Notes: generated by a model not told the origin, from the letters alone. Positions 42,401 to 51,065 are shown, counted from the stretch's first letter. The stretch is DNA of 64,000 nucleotides from Candidatus Xenobia bacterium (GCA_045863235.1 BTUM01000018.1:1-64000); one strand, 5' to 3'. Numbers and translations: made by a program.

Positions 42401-43429
42401 GGTCATGTTGCTGGCGTTGAATTCCTGGATCTGCGCCTGGCTGGAAAAGACGAACGCCTGGGAAATGTTGCCCGTGCGCGGGTCCGGGTAGCCCGTGAAG
42501 TAGCGCTGACCGAGCCGCGTCTCAACGCCCCAGTGCTCTTCGGGTTTCTCAGACTCCCTGTTTCCACCAGCAATCTTGAACTTGCAGGGAGTTTCAATGG
42601 ACCCGTTCCAGCGCAAGAAGAGTTGGCATTCGACGACCGGCGTGATGGCTCCCATAGGAGCCAGGTTAAAGGTTAGCGGCTTACACAGGTCAACTGTGCC
42701 GCCGCCTTCAGCGTCACTGACGGCTTCGAATTCAACATCGGCTCTGCAATGGCTGAACGGAACCAGGGAGAACTCAGCCACGCCTCCCCCTGCAACGTTG
42801 GCATCAGGCCGAACCAGGACGGACTGCTCGAAACCGTAAATGAGCTCGGCTTTGCCTTTCAGAAGACCGACGACCTGGCCGGTGTCATCCAGAACGGGGA
42901 CCTTGCCGAAGTCGATCTGAATCACCGGCGATGCGACGGCCCCGTCGGTCTCGTGGCGACCCTGAACCGTAGAGGCACTCAAGGTCAAGCCCGGGACAGC
43001 CGGCTCGAGTCGAGCCAGGACCTCGGACCCGATGAGCTGGGTTTGCTGGATATTGGCTGAGCTGTAGATTTCGGTCAGCCCGGCTGGTACGGTCTGCACC
43101 AGGGTCTGGGGGCCGTTCTGCTGGACGCTGACGACCTTGCGCTCGAAGACGAAGTCTCCCTCGTTCTTGATGATCACGGTATCGGGAACCAGCTCGGGAA
43201 CATTGCCGCCGAGGGTGACCGAGCTCTCCTCCACACTCACCACGGTGACATCCGGCCCCAGAATCAGGACGTTCCGCTGGAGGACGAACTCATTGGTGGC
43301 GGTGGTCACCAGACCGTCCGGCGAAGTGACCGGACCTTGCGCGCCGCCTGCCCCACTTCCCCCACTGCACCCGACGAAACAAAGGCAAGCAAGAGAGAGC
43401 AGACAAAGCCTGAGGAATGAATAGCGCAC
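39458..43429 (-). CDS. Surface lipoprotein with Ig-like (Big_2) repeats and a C-terminal lactonase-like beta-propeller
   Basis: Lipobox FVGC, repeated W/F-x-SSD-x-x-V and DG-x-x-x-D-V/L-T motifs, AVNGVAVFDNL, and GSPF-containing propeller blades. Confidence 0.78.
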   Translation of the reverse strand: MRYSFLRLCLLSLACLCFVGCSGGSGAGGAQGPVTSPDGLVTTATNEFVLQRNVLILGPDVTVVSVEESSVTLGGNVPELVPDTVIIKNEGDFVFERKVVSVQQNGPQTLVQTVPAGLTEIYSSANIQQTQLIGSEVLARLEPAVPGLTLSASTVQGRHETDGAVASPVIQIDFGKVPVLDDTGQVVGLLKGKAELIYGFEQSVLVRPDANVAGGGVAEFSLVPFSHCRADVEFEAVSDAEGGGTVDLCKPLTFNLAPMGAITPVVECQLFLRWNGSIETPCKFKIAGGNRESEKPEEHWGVETRLGQRYFTGYPDPRTGNISQAFVFSSQAQIQEFNASNMTGEVVTPPESDIDFDLRFLEIKTDITKTKFFQSLPGFPQPIAINDLSLRQDVLRVRLQTRYPDTGGQVPTLESTLQHVLQWTANHQWTSFAVDLSNRSAVDVTEQVGKDKSYFQGPPDNRVLQGKTFENPRLPISMSVKALDQQPTLLRIGRILELEAEGAFAQGAPFSPAVGLWESSDPTVVRVLKARGKKTRVEALKDGLVIITCRHPSGASTQGFIQVVPPTVDRVTVSLREPLRDQLAPPGAPPEVSQTEFLGPLRPGEVAPLRATATWSDGEIQDVTNSAAFSIEASEVASLDGKFLRGEFPGQVTVTATLNPSGPTLIPFPTSPRVKAKDGSARFTIEYPPGSHLQLLPRPITDREPVGHYIGIGATVAFRVLGTLLDGSVREVTSQSRFTSSDATVASIEGGGLATGLAAGRTNIEASFGGNRTWVDLFVQDPALQSLSIQSPASLNQGTTAGFRAVGVFMDGSSRDLTNRVRWISLRPEVLSFGANGQATARAAGTTRVCAILDNEIADAEVTVFGPVRLVVTGQPPASVAPNAPFTLTVEVWDLNGRVAGATNEITLAIVQSAAGFDGTLSGQLVRRAVNGVAVFDNLRLDTERFSRVLLATSPGLGSASTQAFDVRLNPGMALVGHLFVANDNSGTGGVNSLAVDSGGVPVLVSGSPFATSGRTHAVERVSNLIVCADLVEATGACQLSVFHYDSVTGTLTPAASSPTAPPFSTNFNPLHIASNGVNAVFVLAEFEANVYAIRLDPSTGNVLSTNSVPIPGGSQPNELAFRASTGGGPDLLFVIQGNGGGNNVHSFSYDNATGLLTPGPVTPIGVGVNPGGLAVVGSRLYITNQGPAPDTISAFDINLATGGLSFLGSVPSGGAASGALHHLVHPVVGNLLFCANGPPEDTISAFSINAAGQPVSLGAPVPVGNANPHQFADLNLTGGQFGLYVTASTRLAAFLVDPTTAALTAITGSPFAGFNSPFGITR

Positions 43430-43792
43430 GCCAACGACTCCCCGGTGGAAGGGCGTGCCAGTCGGTAGCCGGGCCCCTCTTAAAGTGCCCCGACCATTCG
43501 AGGCGCCGAGTGCTATCCCTTCCCCGCGACTACCGCGCTGTTCCGTTTCAGGCCATCTTCGGAATGGGCCGCCCCGCCAGCGGCAGCGCCCGCCAGCGGT
43601 TGGCCGTGTCCACCAGGCAAGTCTTCAAGGACCGCTGAGCTGGCTTGGATGGGGGACGACCGGGTGTTCATAATCTGGCAAGAAACCTGTTACTTTTTGT
43701 TTACTTGAAGGGGAACGACCTCGGGGTGCTTCCGGTTTTGACCTTCGAACGGCGCTGAGCAAGGCGCGATACGACGAAGGAGGAACTTCCCC

Positions 43793-43990
43793 ATGATCGA
43801 CTCCATCCGCGGCCTCAACTCCAACTACGGCAGCTACAGCCCCTCGGCGCTTTCGGGAGCCGGCTCTTCCTCGGGCGTGGGCTCCGCCGGCTCGGGCGAG
43901 GGAGGGGGGTGCTGCTGCTCGTGCAGCAGCCACGGGGACAGCCTCTCGCTCTCGCCCGAGGCGATGGAGCTGATGATGATGCAGCAGTGA
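43793..43990 (+). CDS. Small Ser/Gly-rich protein with a CCCSC cluster (65 aa)
   Basis: Strong AAGGAGG RBS and its own terminator immediately after the stop. Confidence 0.7.
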   Translation: MIDSIRGLNSNYGSYSPSALSGAGSSSGVGSAGSGEGGGCCCSCSSHGDSLSLSPEAMELMMMQQ

Positions 43991-44004
43991 CCTGCGCGAG
44001 CATC

Positions 44005-44033
44005 GGGCCGGCCTCTTCAGGCCGGCCCTTTTT
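44005..44033 (+). terminator. Rho-independent terminator
   Basis: Perfect 10-bp stem GGGCCGGCCT-cttc-AGGCCGGCCC followed by TTTTT. Confidence 0.88.
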
Positions 44034-44075
44034 GCGTTCAAGGGCGTTTTCGGCGGGGCGTCGAAGGCCCGGGCC

Positions 44076-44465
44076 ATGAACTGCCCACGCTGCAATGTGC
44101 CCCTCAAGACCGTCGAGGCGGGCGGCGTCCAGGTCGACATGTGCCCTCAGTGCGAGGGCAGCTGGTATGATCTGGCCGAGCTGAACCGCATGTTCGCCCT
44201 GCAGGACAGGACCCTCCAGCCCAGCGGCCTGGCCGTCCCCCGCACCCGCGCGGCCGATCTGGATCGGCCGGTGGCCTGCCTCAAGTGCTCGCAGGAGATG
44301 GAGCGCGGGCGCTACCTCTCCGACTGCGACGTGCTGGTGGACCGCTGCCCCGAGCACGGCATCTGGCTCGACGGAGGCGAGCTCAAGGCCCTGCTCGACC
44401 ACATGGCCGGCACGGTCCAAGAGAAGCCCGGCCTGCTGCAGGCTCTGCGCAAGCTCTTCGGCTGA
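44076..44465 (+). CDS. Double zinc-ribbon (zf-TFIIB) protein
   Basis: Two copies of CxxC...D-x-CP-x-C/H-x-G-x-W-x-D-x-x-EL. Confidence 0.82.
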   Translation: MNCPRCNVPLKTVEAGGVQVDMCPQCEGSWYDLAELNRMFALQDRTLQPSGLAVPRTRAADLDRPVACLKCSQEMERGRYLSDCDVLVDRCPEHGIWLDGGELKALLDHMAGTVQEKPGLLQALRKLFG

Positions 44466-44468
44466 CTT

Positions 44469-44969
44469 CTATAAGCTGCCTCGATCGGTCCAGTTGAGGT
44501 ATTCCCAGAGAGTGGGGTTGGGGTTGCCCGGGTTGCCCCGCTCGCCTGGCAAGACATCCAGCTCGGCCTGCAGGGTGCGCGTGGACACCACCGTTCCGGC
44601 GCGCAGCACGCGACCCTCGGCGGTGATCAACAGCACCCCGTAAGGAGGGCCGGCCCAGCGGCTGTCCACCGTAACCGAGCAGTTGCCCAGCCGGGTGACT
44701 CCGTCCAGGTCGAAGATTTCCTCGGTATAGCTGAACCAGGACTGGTCCTGGGCGCTCTTGGGGGGAAACTCAATGTCTTTACTCAGTTTGGCCCGGCAGC
44801 GCTCCAGGCCGGCCCAGGCCAGACCCAGGGCTTGTTGCGACAGGGCTGCCTGGGTCGAGCTGCGGTAGCTAAAGACCTGCTTGCCGAGAAAGGCCATCCC
44901 CAGCACCAGCAGCAGCAGCACCAGAAACAGCACGATCATGAGGGCCGCGCCCCGCTTCAAGCCTCTCAT
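44469..44969 (-). CDS. PilX/GspK-like minor pilin
   Basis: KRG|AALMIVLFLV hydrophobic helix lacking Glu5, then QALGLAWAGLE. Confidence 0.7.
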   Translation of the reverse strand: MRGLKRGAALMIVLFLVLLLLVLGMAFLGKQVFSYRSSTQAALSQQALGLAWAGLERCRAKLSKDIEFPPKSAQDQSWFSYTEEIFDLDGVTRLGNCSVTVDSRWAGPPYGVLLITAEGRVLRAGTVVSTRTLQAELDVLPGERGNPGNPNPTLWEYLNWTDRGSL

Positions 44970-45526
44970 CGGAGCGGCAGAAAGACTTCCGTGCTCAGGT
45001 CCTGGAAGCGGCTCCCCTCGTCGATCCGTACGGTCACGTTCAGATTCTGGTCGGTGCCAATACTGGCTTGAAAGCCGGTGATCCCGCGAGCCAGCACTTC
45101 CGTCCGGGTGGTTCCATCGCTCTGGGTGGCCTCTCGCACCAGCGAGCCACCAACGACGTGAAAGCGAACCCTGGTCAGATCCGCGGGGTCGGCCGGATCC
45201 CAGCCGCCGACACCGAGGGGCCAGGGGAGGCGAGAGTTCACTGCCTCCGGGTCGATCCGGTCGAAGGTCACGGTGGACTCGACGGTGGCCCCCGCGGGCT
45301 CGATCAGGTTCACTCCCTGACGGGTCTCGCAGCGGATGCGGTCCAGGGCCACCTGCATCACGTTCAAGGTTCGCTCCTTGCCGCTGTCAAAGAGCATCAG
45401 GTTGGTATAGCGAGAGGACAAAGTTCCCACCACGGCCAGGAAGGCGGCCATCAGAGCGGTGGCCACGATGGCCTCCAGAAGGGTGAAGGCCCGACTATTG
45501 CAGGTTGAGCGGTACGGTCTGTTCAT
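44966..45526 (-). CDS. Prepilin-type protein (PilW/GspJ-like)
   Basis: RA|FTLLEAIVA class III signal. Confidence 0.75.
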   Translation of the reverse strand: MNRPYRSTCNSRAFTLLEAIVATALMAAFLAVVGTLSSRYTNLMLFDSGKERTLNVMQVALDRIRCETRQGVNLIEPAGATVESTVTFDRIDPEAVNSRLPWPLGVGGWDPADPADLTRVRFHVVGGSLVREATQSDGTTRTEVLARGITGFQASIGTDQNLNVTVRIDEGSRFQDLSTEVFLPLR

Positions 45527-46274
45527 ACACATCCCCGAGATAGCGTGCTCGTGCCGTGACCCGGCAAAGACCCGGCCGAGGGATCAGAGTCTGGGTTCGC
45601 GGGTCGTAGAAGTGGTGCTTGACCGCCTGGCGGCGTCCATCACGGGTGCTCAGGCTCGGGTCAGGGGTGGCGTTGCCGGTCACGCCCACCACCTCCCAGC
45701 TGAAGGTGACGTCCTTGATTTCTGCCCCGCCGCTATCACGCAGTTGGGCCTCGTACTCCACCACGCCCAGAGGGGGAACCGGGTCCGGCGGCCCTCCCAC
45801 CCGATTGATGACCAGGGTTTGAGCCTGGCGTCTCGGCTCGGCCACCTCGGTCACCACCGTCACCTCTCGACTCGGCCCCCCGCCTTCCCAGCTGACCCGG
45901 ATGCGCACCGGCACGAGGGTGCTGGAGAGCTTGCGTTGAGCCGGGGCGTGCATATCCTCGATGCTCTGGCAGGGGGACATGATTTCGCGTCCGGCCGGAA
46001 TGCAGTCGGTCCGAATGGTGAACTGGGGCTCATCGGTCTCGCTCCAGGTGACCCCGTTGTAGGCTCCCCAACCGGTGGCGAACAGGGCGGGGTCGCGTGC
46101 GAAGGCGCGGATCCGGTCGGTAATGCGGTCGGCCAGCATGACCGCTCGGGCCAGCTTCTCGGCCCGCCGGTGCTCGCGCAGCGAGCTGTCGAACAGGGTC
46201 ACAACCACCAGCACCGAGGAGGCCAGCACGAACAGGGCCACCACGGTCTCGGCCAGGCTGAACCCGCGCTTCAC
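45495..46274 (-). CDS. Prepilin-type protein (PilV-like) with a C-terminal Ig-like extension
   Basis: KRG|FSLAETVVA signal. GTGA overlap with the upstream gene. Confidence 0.75.
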   Translation of the reverse strand: MKRGFSLAETVVALFVLASSVLVVVTLFDSSLREHRRAEKLARAVMLADRITDRIRAFARDPALFATGWGAYNGVTWSETDEPQFTIRTDCIPAGREIMSPCQSIEDMHAPAQRKLSSTLVPVRIRVSWEGGGPSREVTVVTEVAEPRRQAQTLVINRVGGPPDPVPPLGVVEYEAQLRDSGGAEIKDVTFSWEVVGVTGNATPDPSLSTRDGRRQAVKHHFYDPRTQTLIPRPGLCRVTARARYLGDVYEQTVPLNLQ

Positions 46275-48262
46275 GGGGCCCAGCACGGGTTCTTGTTGAC
46301 TCCCGCCGTGTTCGTTAGACGCTGGACCTGGGTCCCGTCGCTGTTCATGATGAAGATGTCCGAACCGCCGGAACGATCGGAGGCGAAGGCGATCTTGCTG
46401 CCATTGGGAGACCAGGTGGGAGCCCAGTCGCTGAAGGTGTCCGCGGTCAGATTGGTGCGCGCACCCAGAGCACCAGGCGCATAGTCTGCCACCCAGATGT
46501 CCCGGTTGGCCGACTCGGTGGATTCGAAGGCGAGCCGGGTGCCATCCGGGGAACAGGCGGCATCGTTGTGATCCCAGCCGTTGGCCGTGAGGGGCAGGGA
46601 GGTCCCGTCCAGGCGTCGCTCAAAGAGCTGCTGGTTGCCTGCGTTGGGTAAGTTGACCACGAAGCCTGCGGTGGGCGAGGTGAGGTCGTCTGGACGCCAA
46701 CCGGTGGTGCCCTGCTGGCCGGCCAGGGAGGTGGCGCCCAGCAGGTCCGGCTCGCGGAGCGAGGGATTGCTCGGCTTGCTGCCGTCAGAGTTGATCCAGT
46801 AGGTGTGCCAGCCACCGCCCGTCCTCCCCAGGAAGGAGATGCGGGTGCCGTCGGCCGACCAGCTCGGGGAGACGCACTCGAGAATCGTCGCCCAGGCTCC
46901 GCTTCCGTTCGTGTCCGTCAACCGTCGAAGACCGGTGCCATCCTCGTTGAGCACCACCAGATTGCCTGCCCCCATGAAACAGCTTTCGGCCACCAGCTTG
47001 CGACCGTCGGGAGAGAAGCGGGGCCGGGTGAAATAGCAGCCGAACTGGCCCTCGTTTCCGGTGATGCGGCGCTGGTTGCTACCGTCCCCATTCATGATGT
47101 AGAGCTGCGGGGCACCTCCATCCCGGGTGCTGTCGAAAGCGATCTTGCCCAGCCGGGTCAGCTCGACCTTGCCGGCGGCTCCCAGTGTTGCGGTGGAGCT
47201 GGCGCCGCGCTCGTCGGTCACGGTGCAGGTCAGCGTGACCACGTCGCCCGGTGCCAGGGCTGGCGGGGGAGGAGGCATCCAGGTCCAGATCGAGCGCCAG
47301 GCGCCGGCTCCTGCGTTGAGGGCCTGGTCCCACTCCATGTCGACCGCCGTGGAGGAAAAGGCTCCCCCCCGGTCACTTGTCCAGTTCACTCGGACTTTAT
47401 CGCCCTCGGCGTCATGGACCTCGGCGACCAGTGTGAGATGGCCTTCGTCCAGGTCCACGGTGGCGTCCGCTCCCGGGGGGAGGGTGGTCGAGTTGGGCCG
47501 GGGATAGAACTGGATCGCCACGCTGGGCGGGGTGTTGCCCAGCGCCGGTATGGCGGGTGGCGGGGCCGGCGCGGGCATGGCCAGGGTGGAACTGGCCAGC
47601 ACCTGCGAGGCATCGCTTCCCAACAGGCCCGGAGTGACACTGATCTCGCCGGCGCTGGTCAGGGTTACCGTCTGGGGCGCAAACACCTGCGAGATGGCGA
47701 AGCTGGCGGTGGAGCCCACGCTGGCGGGGGCCCAGCTGGCTCCTTCGCAGATCAAGATGTGGTAAGCCTGATCGAAGGCGACCCGATCGGAGACAACCCC
47801 TCCCGAAGGGGTGAAGACGAAGGTGTGGTCGCCCGGGCGGGGATGGTTCCAATCGCTCAGACTGAAGCCAGCTTCGGCGTTGGAGCTCAGCGAGCTGCTG
47901 CCAGGTGCGTTGGTGCCCGAGGTCAGCGCCCAGTGTCCGATGTAGATGTAGACGTCAGGCATCTCGGAAGCGAAGTGCTGCACCCGCAGGATGCGCGGGT
48001 TCTCGTTACCACTCAAAAGGTAAAGCGACTGGCTGTGGGGCAGGCTGACGCCTGCGCCGGGAAACACGACCGCCACGGGCTCCTTGCGGGAGATGGCCAG
48101 CTGGCGGGCGACCTTCAGCTCTCCCGCCACCCGCTCGGCCAGGGCCCGCGAGCTGGCCCGGGAGATGCCTCCCCGAAAGGAGAGAACCGCCAGCCCCAGC
48201 AGAAAGGCGAGCATGACCACGGTGATCACTACCTCGAGCATCGAGAAGCCGCGTCGGGTCAT
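46271..48262 (-). CDS. Prepilin (FimT/GspH-like) fused to PKD-like and TolB-like (PD40) propeller domains
   Basis: RRG|FSMLEVV signal, TLTCTVTDERG, and repeated P-x-W/F-SPDG-x-K/R-I/L-AF motifs. Confidence 0.8.
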   Translation of the reverse strand: MTRRGFSMLEVVITVVMLAFLLGLAVLSFRGGISRASSRALAERVAGELKVARQLAISRKEPVAVVFPGAGVSLPHSQSLYLLSGNENPRILRVQHFASEMPDVYIYIGHWALTSGTNAPGSSSLSSNAEAGFSLSDWNHPRPGDHTFVFTPSGGVVSDRVAFDQAYHILICEGASWAPASVGSTASFAISQVFAPQTVTLTSAGEISVTPGLLGSDASQVLASSTLAMPAPAPPPAIPALGNTPPSVAIQFYPRPNSTTLPPGADATVDLDEGHLTLVAEVHDAEGDKVRVNWTSDRGGAFSSTAVDMEWDQALNAGAGAWRSIWTWMPPPPPALAPGDVVTLTCTVTDERGASSTATLGAAGKVELTRLGKIAFDSTRDGGAPQLYIMNGDGSNQRRITGNEGQFGCYFTRPRFSPDGRKLVAESCFMGAGNLVVLNEDGTGLRRLTDTNGSGAWATILECVSPSWSADGTRISFLGRTGGGWHTYWINSDGSKPSNPSLREPDLLGATSLAGQQGTTGWRPDDLTSPTAGFVVNLPNAGNQQLFERRLDGTSLPLTANGWDHNDAACSPDGTRLAFESTESANRDIWVADYAPGALGARTNLTADTFSDWAPTWSPNGSKIAFASDRSGGSDIFIMNSDGTQVQRLTNTAGVNKNPCWAP

Positions 48263-48277
48263 CCGGACAGGTCTCCT

Positions 48278-48739
48278 TCAGTGGTGCTTGTGGGGTACAG
48301 CCCGGCTCACTCTCCGGGGTGCGAATGAAGGGGGTTGCTTCTTGAATTCTAGCACAGGAAGTTGCAGGCTGAGGGGATCGCCGCCGACCTGCAGGCCGCG
48401 GAGCACGATGCTCTGACAGCCGGGCAGGCGGGCTTCCACGCGGACCGAGCCTGGCAAACGATCGGGGGAGGTTTTGAGAGTGAGCTCTTGCTGGAACTGT
48501 CCAGGCTTCAAGTCGATGACAGTCAGATCGCAGGGCAGCTCGGGAAAGTGCAGCAACAGAGTCGCCTTCTCGGAGGAGGCTCCCACCGGGGCCTGCACCA
48601 CTCCCCGAAGCTGCAATACGACCTCGCGGGCCGCCGGCGGCCGCTCGATGCGAGCCTCGGCCGCGCTTCGTTGCCTCTCCCACAGGATGGAGACGATTCC
48701 GCCCAGGAGGATCAGTCCGCCCACGACCAGCGTGCGCAC
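48278..48739 (-). CDS. Membrane-anchored hypothetical protein
   Basis: N-terminal TM helix (TLVVGGLILLGGIVSILW). Start uncertain (GTG 48739). Confidence 0.55.
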   Translation of the reverse strand: MRTLVVGGLILLGGIVSILWERQRSAAEARIERPPAAREVVLQLRGVVQAPVGASSEKATLLLHFPELPCDLTVIDLKPGQFQQELTLKTSPDRLPGSVRVEARLPGCQSIVLRGLQVGGDPLSLQLPVLEFKKQPPSFAPRRVSRAVPHKHH

Positions 48740-48830
48740 GTTGGAAGGCAAGTCGGGCCTCCTCTCTTGCAGGCACCCCCCGGATGGGTGTAGTTCCTGG
48801 AAATGGTGAGGACTCCTGTGATCGGTCCGG

Positions 48831-48994
48831 TCAGGCCGCCGGGGAGGCACCGCCCTCCTCGAGTCGGCTCAGTCTCTCTTCGACTCGGACCCGCCAGGCC
48901 TGATGCTCATCGATCTGGGCGGCCATTTCTTGGAGGGTCGCCTGGACCTTCTGCAGGTGGGTTCGAGGCGCTTGACTCTCTCTTCCAGGCTCAT
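48831..48994 (-). pseudogene. Frameshifted small coiled-coil gene
   Basis: MSLEERVKRLE, then after a one-base shift near 48960 HLQKVQATLQEMAAQIDEHQAWRVRVEERLSRLEEGGASPAA*. Confidence 0.5.
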
Positions 48995-49113
48995 CGGAAA
49001 GAAGTTATCCACCCGGAGCCCATTTGCCTTCCAGGGGATTCGGGGCAGCAACATCCTCCCTTCGATCGACCGCATAGACGGGAAGTCTGCCCAGCACCCC
49101 TGTGCCCGGCTGG

Positions 49114-49178
49114 CTAGTCCTCCCGGGCCAGCCGCTGGCTGACCAGCGGCTCCCCGCAGCGCTCGGCAATGCGCCTGC
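49114..49178 (-). repeat. Direct repeat copy A: duplicate of the 3' end of the gene at 55176-57779
   Basis: Encodes RRIAERCGEPLVSQRLARED*. 49139-49178 is identical to 55201-55240. Confidence 0.92.
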
Positions 49179-49442
49179 TGCGCTCCGGGGTGCACGCGCC
49201 ACGAGAACCTGCAGGCCCACCACGTGGTGTTTCGCTCGCGCGGGGGCTCGAATGCCGACGAGAACCTGATCATGCTGTGCGTGGCCTGCCACCTGCGACT
49301 GGTGCACCGGGGCTACCTGCGCATCAGCGGGCAGGCGGGGGAGCTTCGTTTCGAGCGGGCCGGCGAGGTCTTGCTGGGGGAGATGCGGGTGGTGAGCGTT
49401 GCGCCGGGCGGAACAGGGTCGGTCGATCACCCCGAGACGTAG
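49176..49442 (+). pseudogene. 5'-truncated HNH endonuclease fragment
   Basis: CCAPGCTRHENLQAHHVVFRSRGGSNADENLIMLCVACHLRLVH. In-frame stop at 49140 and no start before the domain. Begins at the repeat boundary. Confidence 0.7.
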
Positions 49443-51061
49443 CCATTGAGTCGACTGAAGAACTCGTCCAGGGTCATGGTGACGCGCGACATGCCCACCC
49501 GCTCACGCTGAGGGCCCTGTCCTCTGCCGTCGGGATTGCCCTGCTCGTTGGGACCGTGGGGGTTGTAAAGATAGACCTTTCCCCCCTCGATTTTCTCGAC
49601 CATCATGGCGTGATTGCGGTCGCGGCCGTCCTTCGCGAAGCGGATCGACACGTAGGTCCCGGCGTAGCGTCCGTTGAGCTGACGCTCGAATTCTCGCCTC
49701 CCCTCGGGGCTATTCTTGAAATCGACGACCTTGCGGTTGCGATCTTTGCCCAGCAGGCCGTCCAACACATCGCTGGCGCCTTCCATGTGCATCCCCCCGC
49801 TGCGGCCTTCCCGGCCGCCCTTCTTCCAGCGGGCCTTGTCTGTTTCATTGTCATACTCGACGCCGGGCCCGATGGGCTCCCCGTAAGCTCGCCTGGTGGC
49901 GTCGTCGAATTCAGTCTCCCACACGCGCCTCTGCTCGTCGGCGCTCAAGTCTTTCCACTGGCGGCCGTCCTTGACCCGGAGGTCGGGAGGGACGCCGGGG
50001 ATCGTTCCTTCCCAACCCCGCTGCATGAGGCTGGACTGGACCAGGCGATCCACCTGGTTGCGATCGCTGTTGTCCTCGTTGATCGAGCTGGGAACCCGTC
50101 GGAGCGTGGTGCCGTCGCGCAGCCGCACCCTGTCATCCATGCCTTCGATCAGACCAGAGACGATCCGGGCATACTCGGCCGGGTCCCGCCTGGCGAGCAT
50201 ATACTGGATGGTGGCCGCGGCACAGGTGTCGCGGCCGCCCTGCTTGATGCGCTCCGGCTCGGCGAGCTGGCCCACGACGGTGTTCAGGATTTCGACCCGG
50301 TCGATGCGCTCGTCCACGATCCCCTGGCCGATGCCGATGTCGTGCAGGCGGTTGATCAGGGGGATGCCTTCCGAGTCGGTCTGGTCGAGCTTGTCGAGGA
50401 TTTTCTGGAGGTCGGCCTTGTTCTTGATAAGGGGGAGCAGGGCTTTGAGCCGCTCCTGCTGATAGGGCTCGAGGTTCTTGACGCTGGGATGCTCGAGGAT
50501 CTCCTTGTCGCTCGGTCCCCCGGGAGTGGGCTTGTCGCGGGCATCCGATTCGCGTGTTGCGGGGCGCTCGACGTCAGGCCTGGCCGGCCTGGCGCCGGGG
50601 CCGCCCGATTGTTTGCCGACCTCACGGTCCGGGCCGTCAGGCTGCGGGCCCACGGGTTTGGGGGTGGGCTGGTTCTGACGGGTCGGTGCGGGCGGTGTGG
50701 CCCCGGGCTTCGGGGGCGCACTCTTGGGTTGCGCCTGGTTGGTCATGAAGTCTTCCACCCGGATGTTCGTCTGCAGGGCGGGCGGCATGGGGCTATCTTT
50801 GGGGCCGGCCATCTCCAGGGTCATCAGCTGGTCGCCCGGGGAATCGCTCATCAGGTCGCGGGCGGCGCTCACCTGGGCGGTGAGCACGCGGCGGCTCCCT
50901 TCTACGGAGGACTCCAGGCCCACGGGGCTCACGTCCAGGGCCTGAAAGGCCGGCAGAGCGGTCCTTGAGCTCTCCAACTCGGGAGCCAGCTCCTCCCCGC
51001 CGGTTTGCCAGCGGACAGCCTCCAGGGGATCGAATGGACTGGTCGGTTGGATCCTGTGCAT
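49427..51061 (-). CDS. Putative papain-fold cysteine protease with a disordered N-terminus
   Basis: IKQGGRDTCAAA (Gln/Cys) and NHAMMVEKI...VYLYNPHG (His/Asn). Likely start ATG 51061. Confidence 0.65.
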   Translation of the reverse strand: MHRIQPTSPFDPLEAVRWQTGGEELAPELESSRTALPAFQALDVSPVGLESSVEGSRRVLTAQVSAARDLMSDSPGDQLMTLEMAGPKDSPMPPALQTNIRVEDFMTNQAQPKSAPPKPGATPPAPTRQNQPTPKPVGPQPDGPDREVGKQSGGPGARPARPDVERPATRESDARDKPTPGGPSDKEILEHPSVKNLEPYQQERLKALLPLIKNKADLQKILDKLDQTDSEGIPLINRLHDIGIGQGIVDERIDRVEILNTVVGQLAEPERIKQGGRDTCAAATIQYMLARRDPAEYARIVSGLIEGMDDRVRLRDGTTLRRVPSSINEDNSDRNQVDRLVQSSLMQRGWEGTIPGVPPDLRVKDGRQWKDLSADEQRRVWETEFDDATRRAYGEPIGPGVEYDNETDKARWKKGGREGRSGGMHMEGASDVLDGLLGKDRNRKVVDFKNSPEGRREFERQLNGRYAGTYVSIRFAKDGRDRNHAMMVEKIEGGKVYLYNPHGPNEQGNPDGRGQGPQRERVGMSRVTMTLDEFFSRLNGYVSG

Positions 51062-51065
51062 GTGC

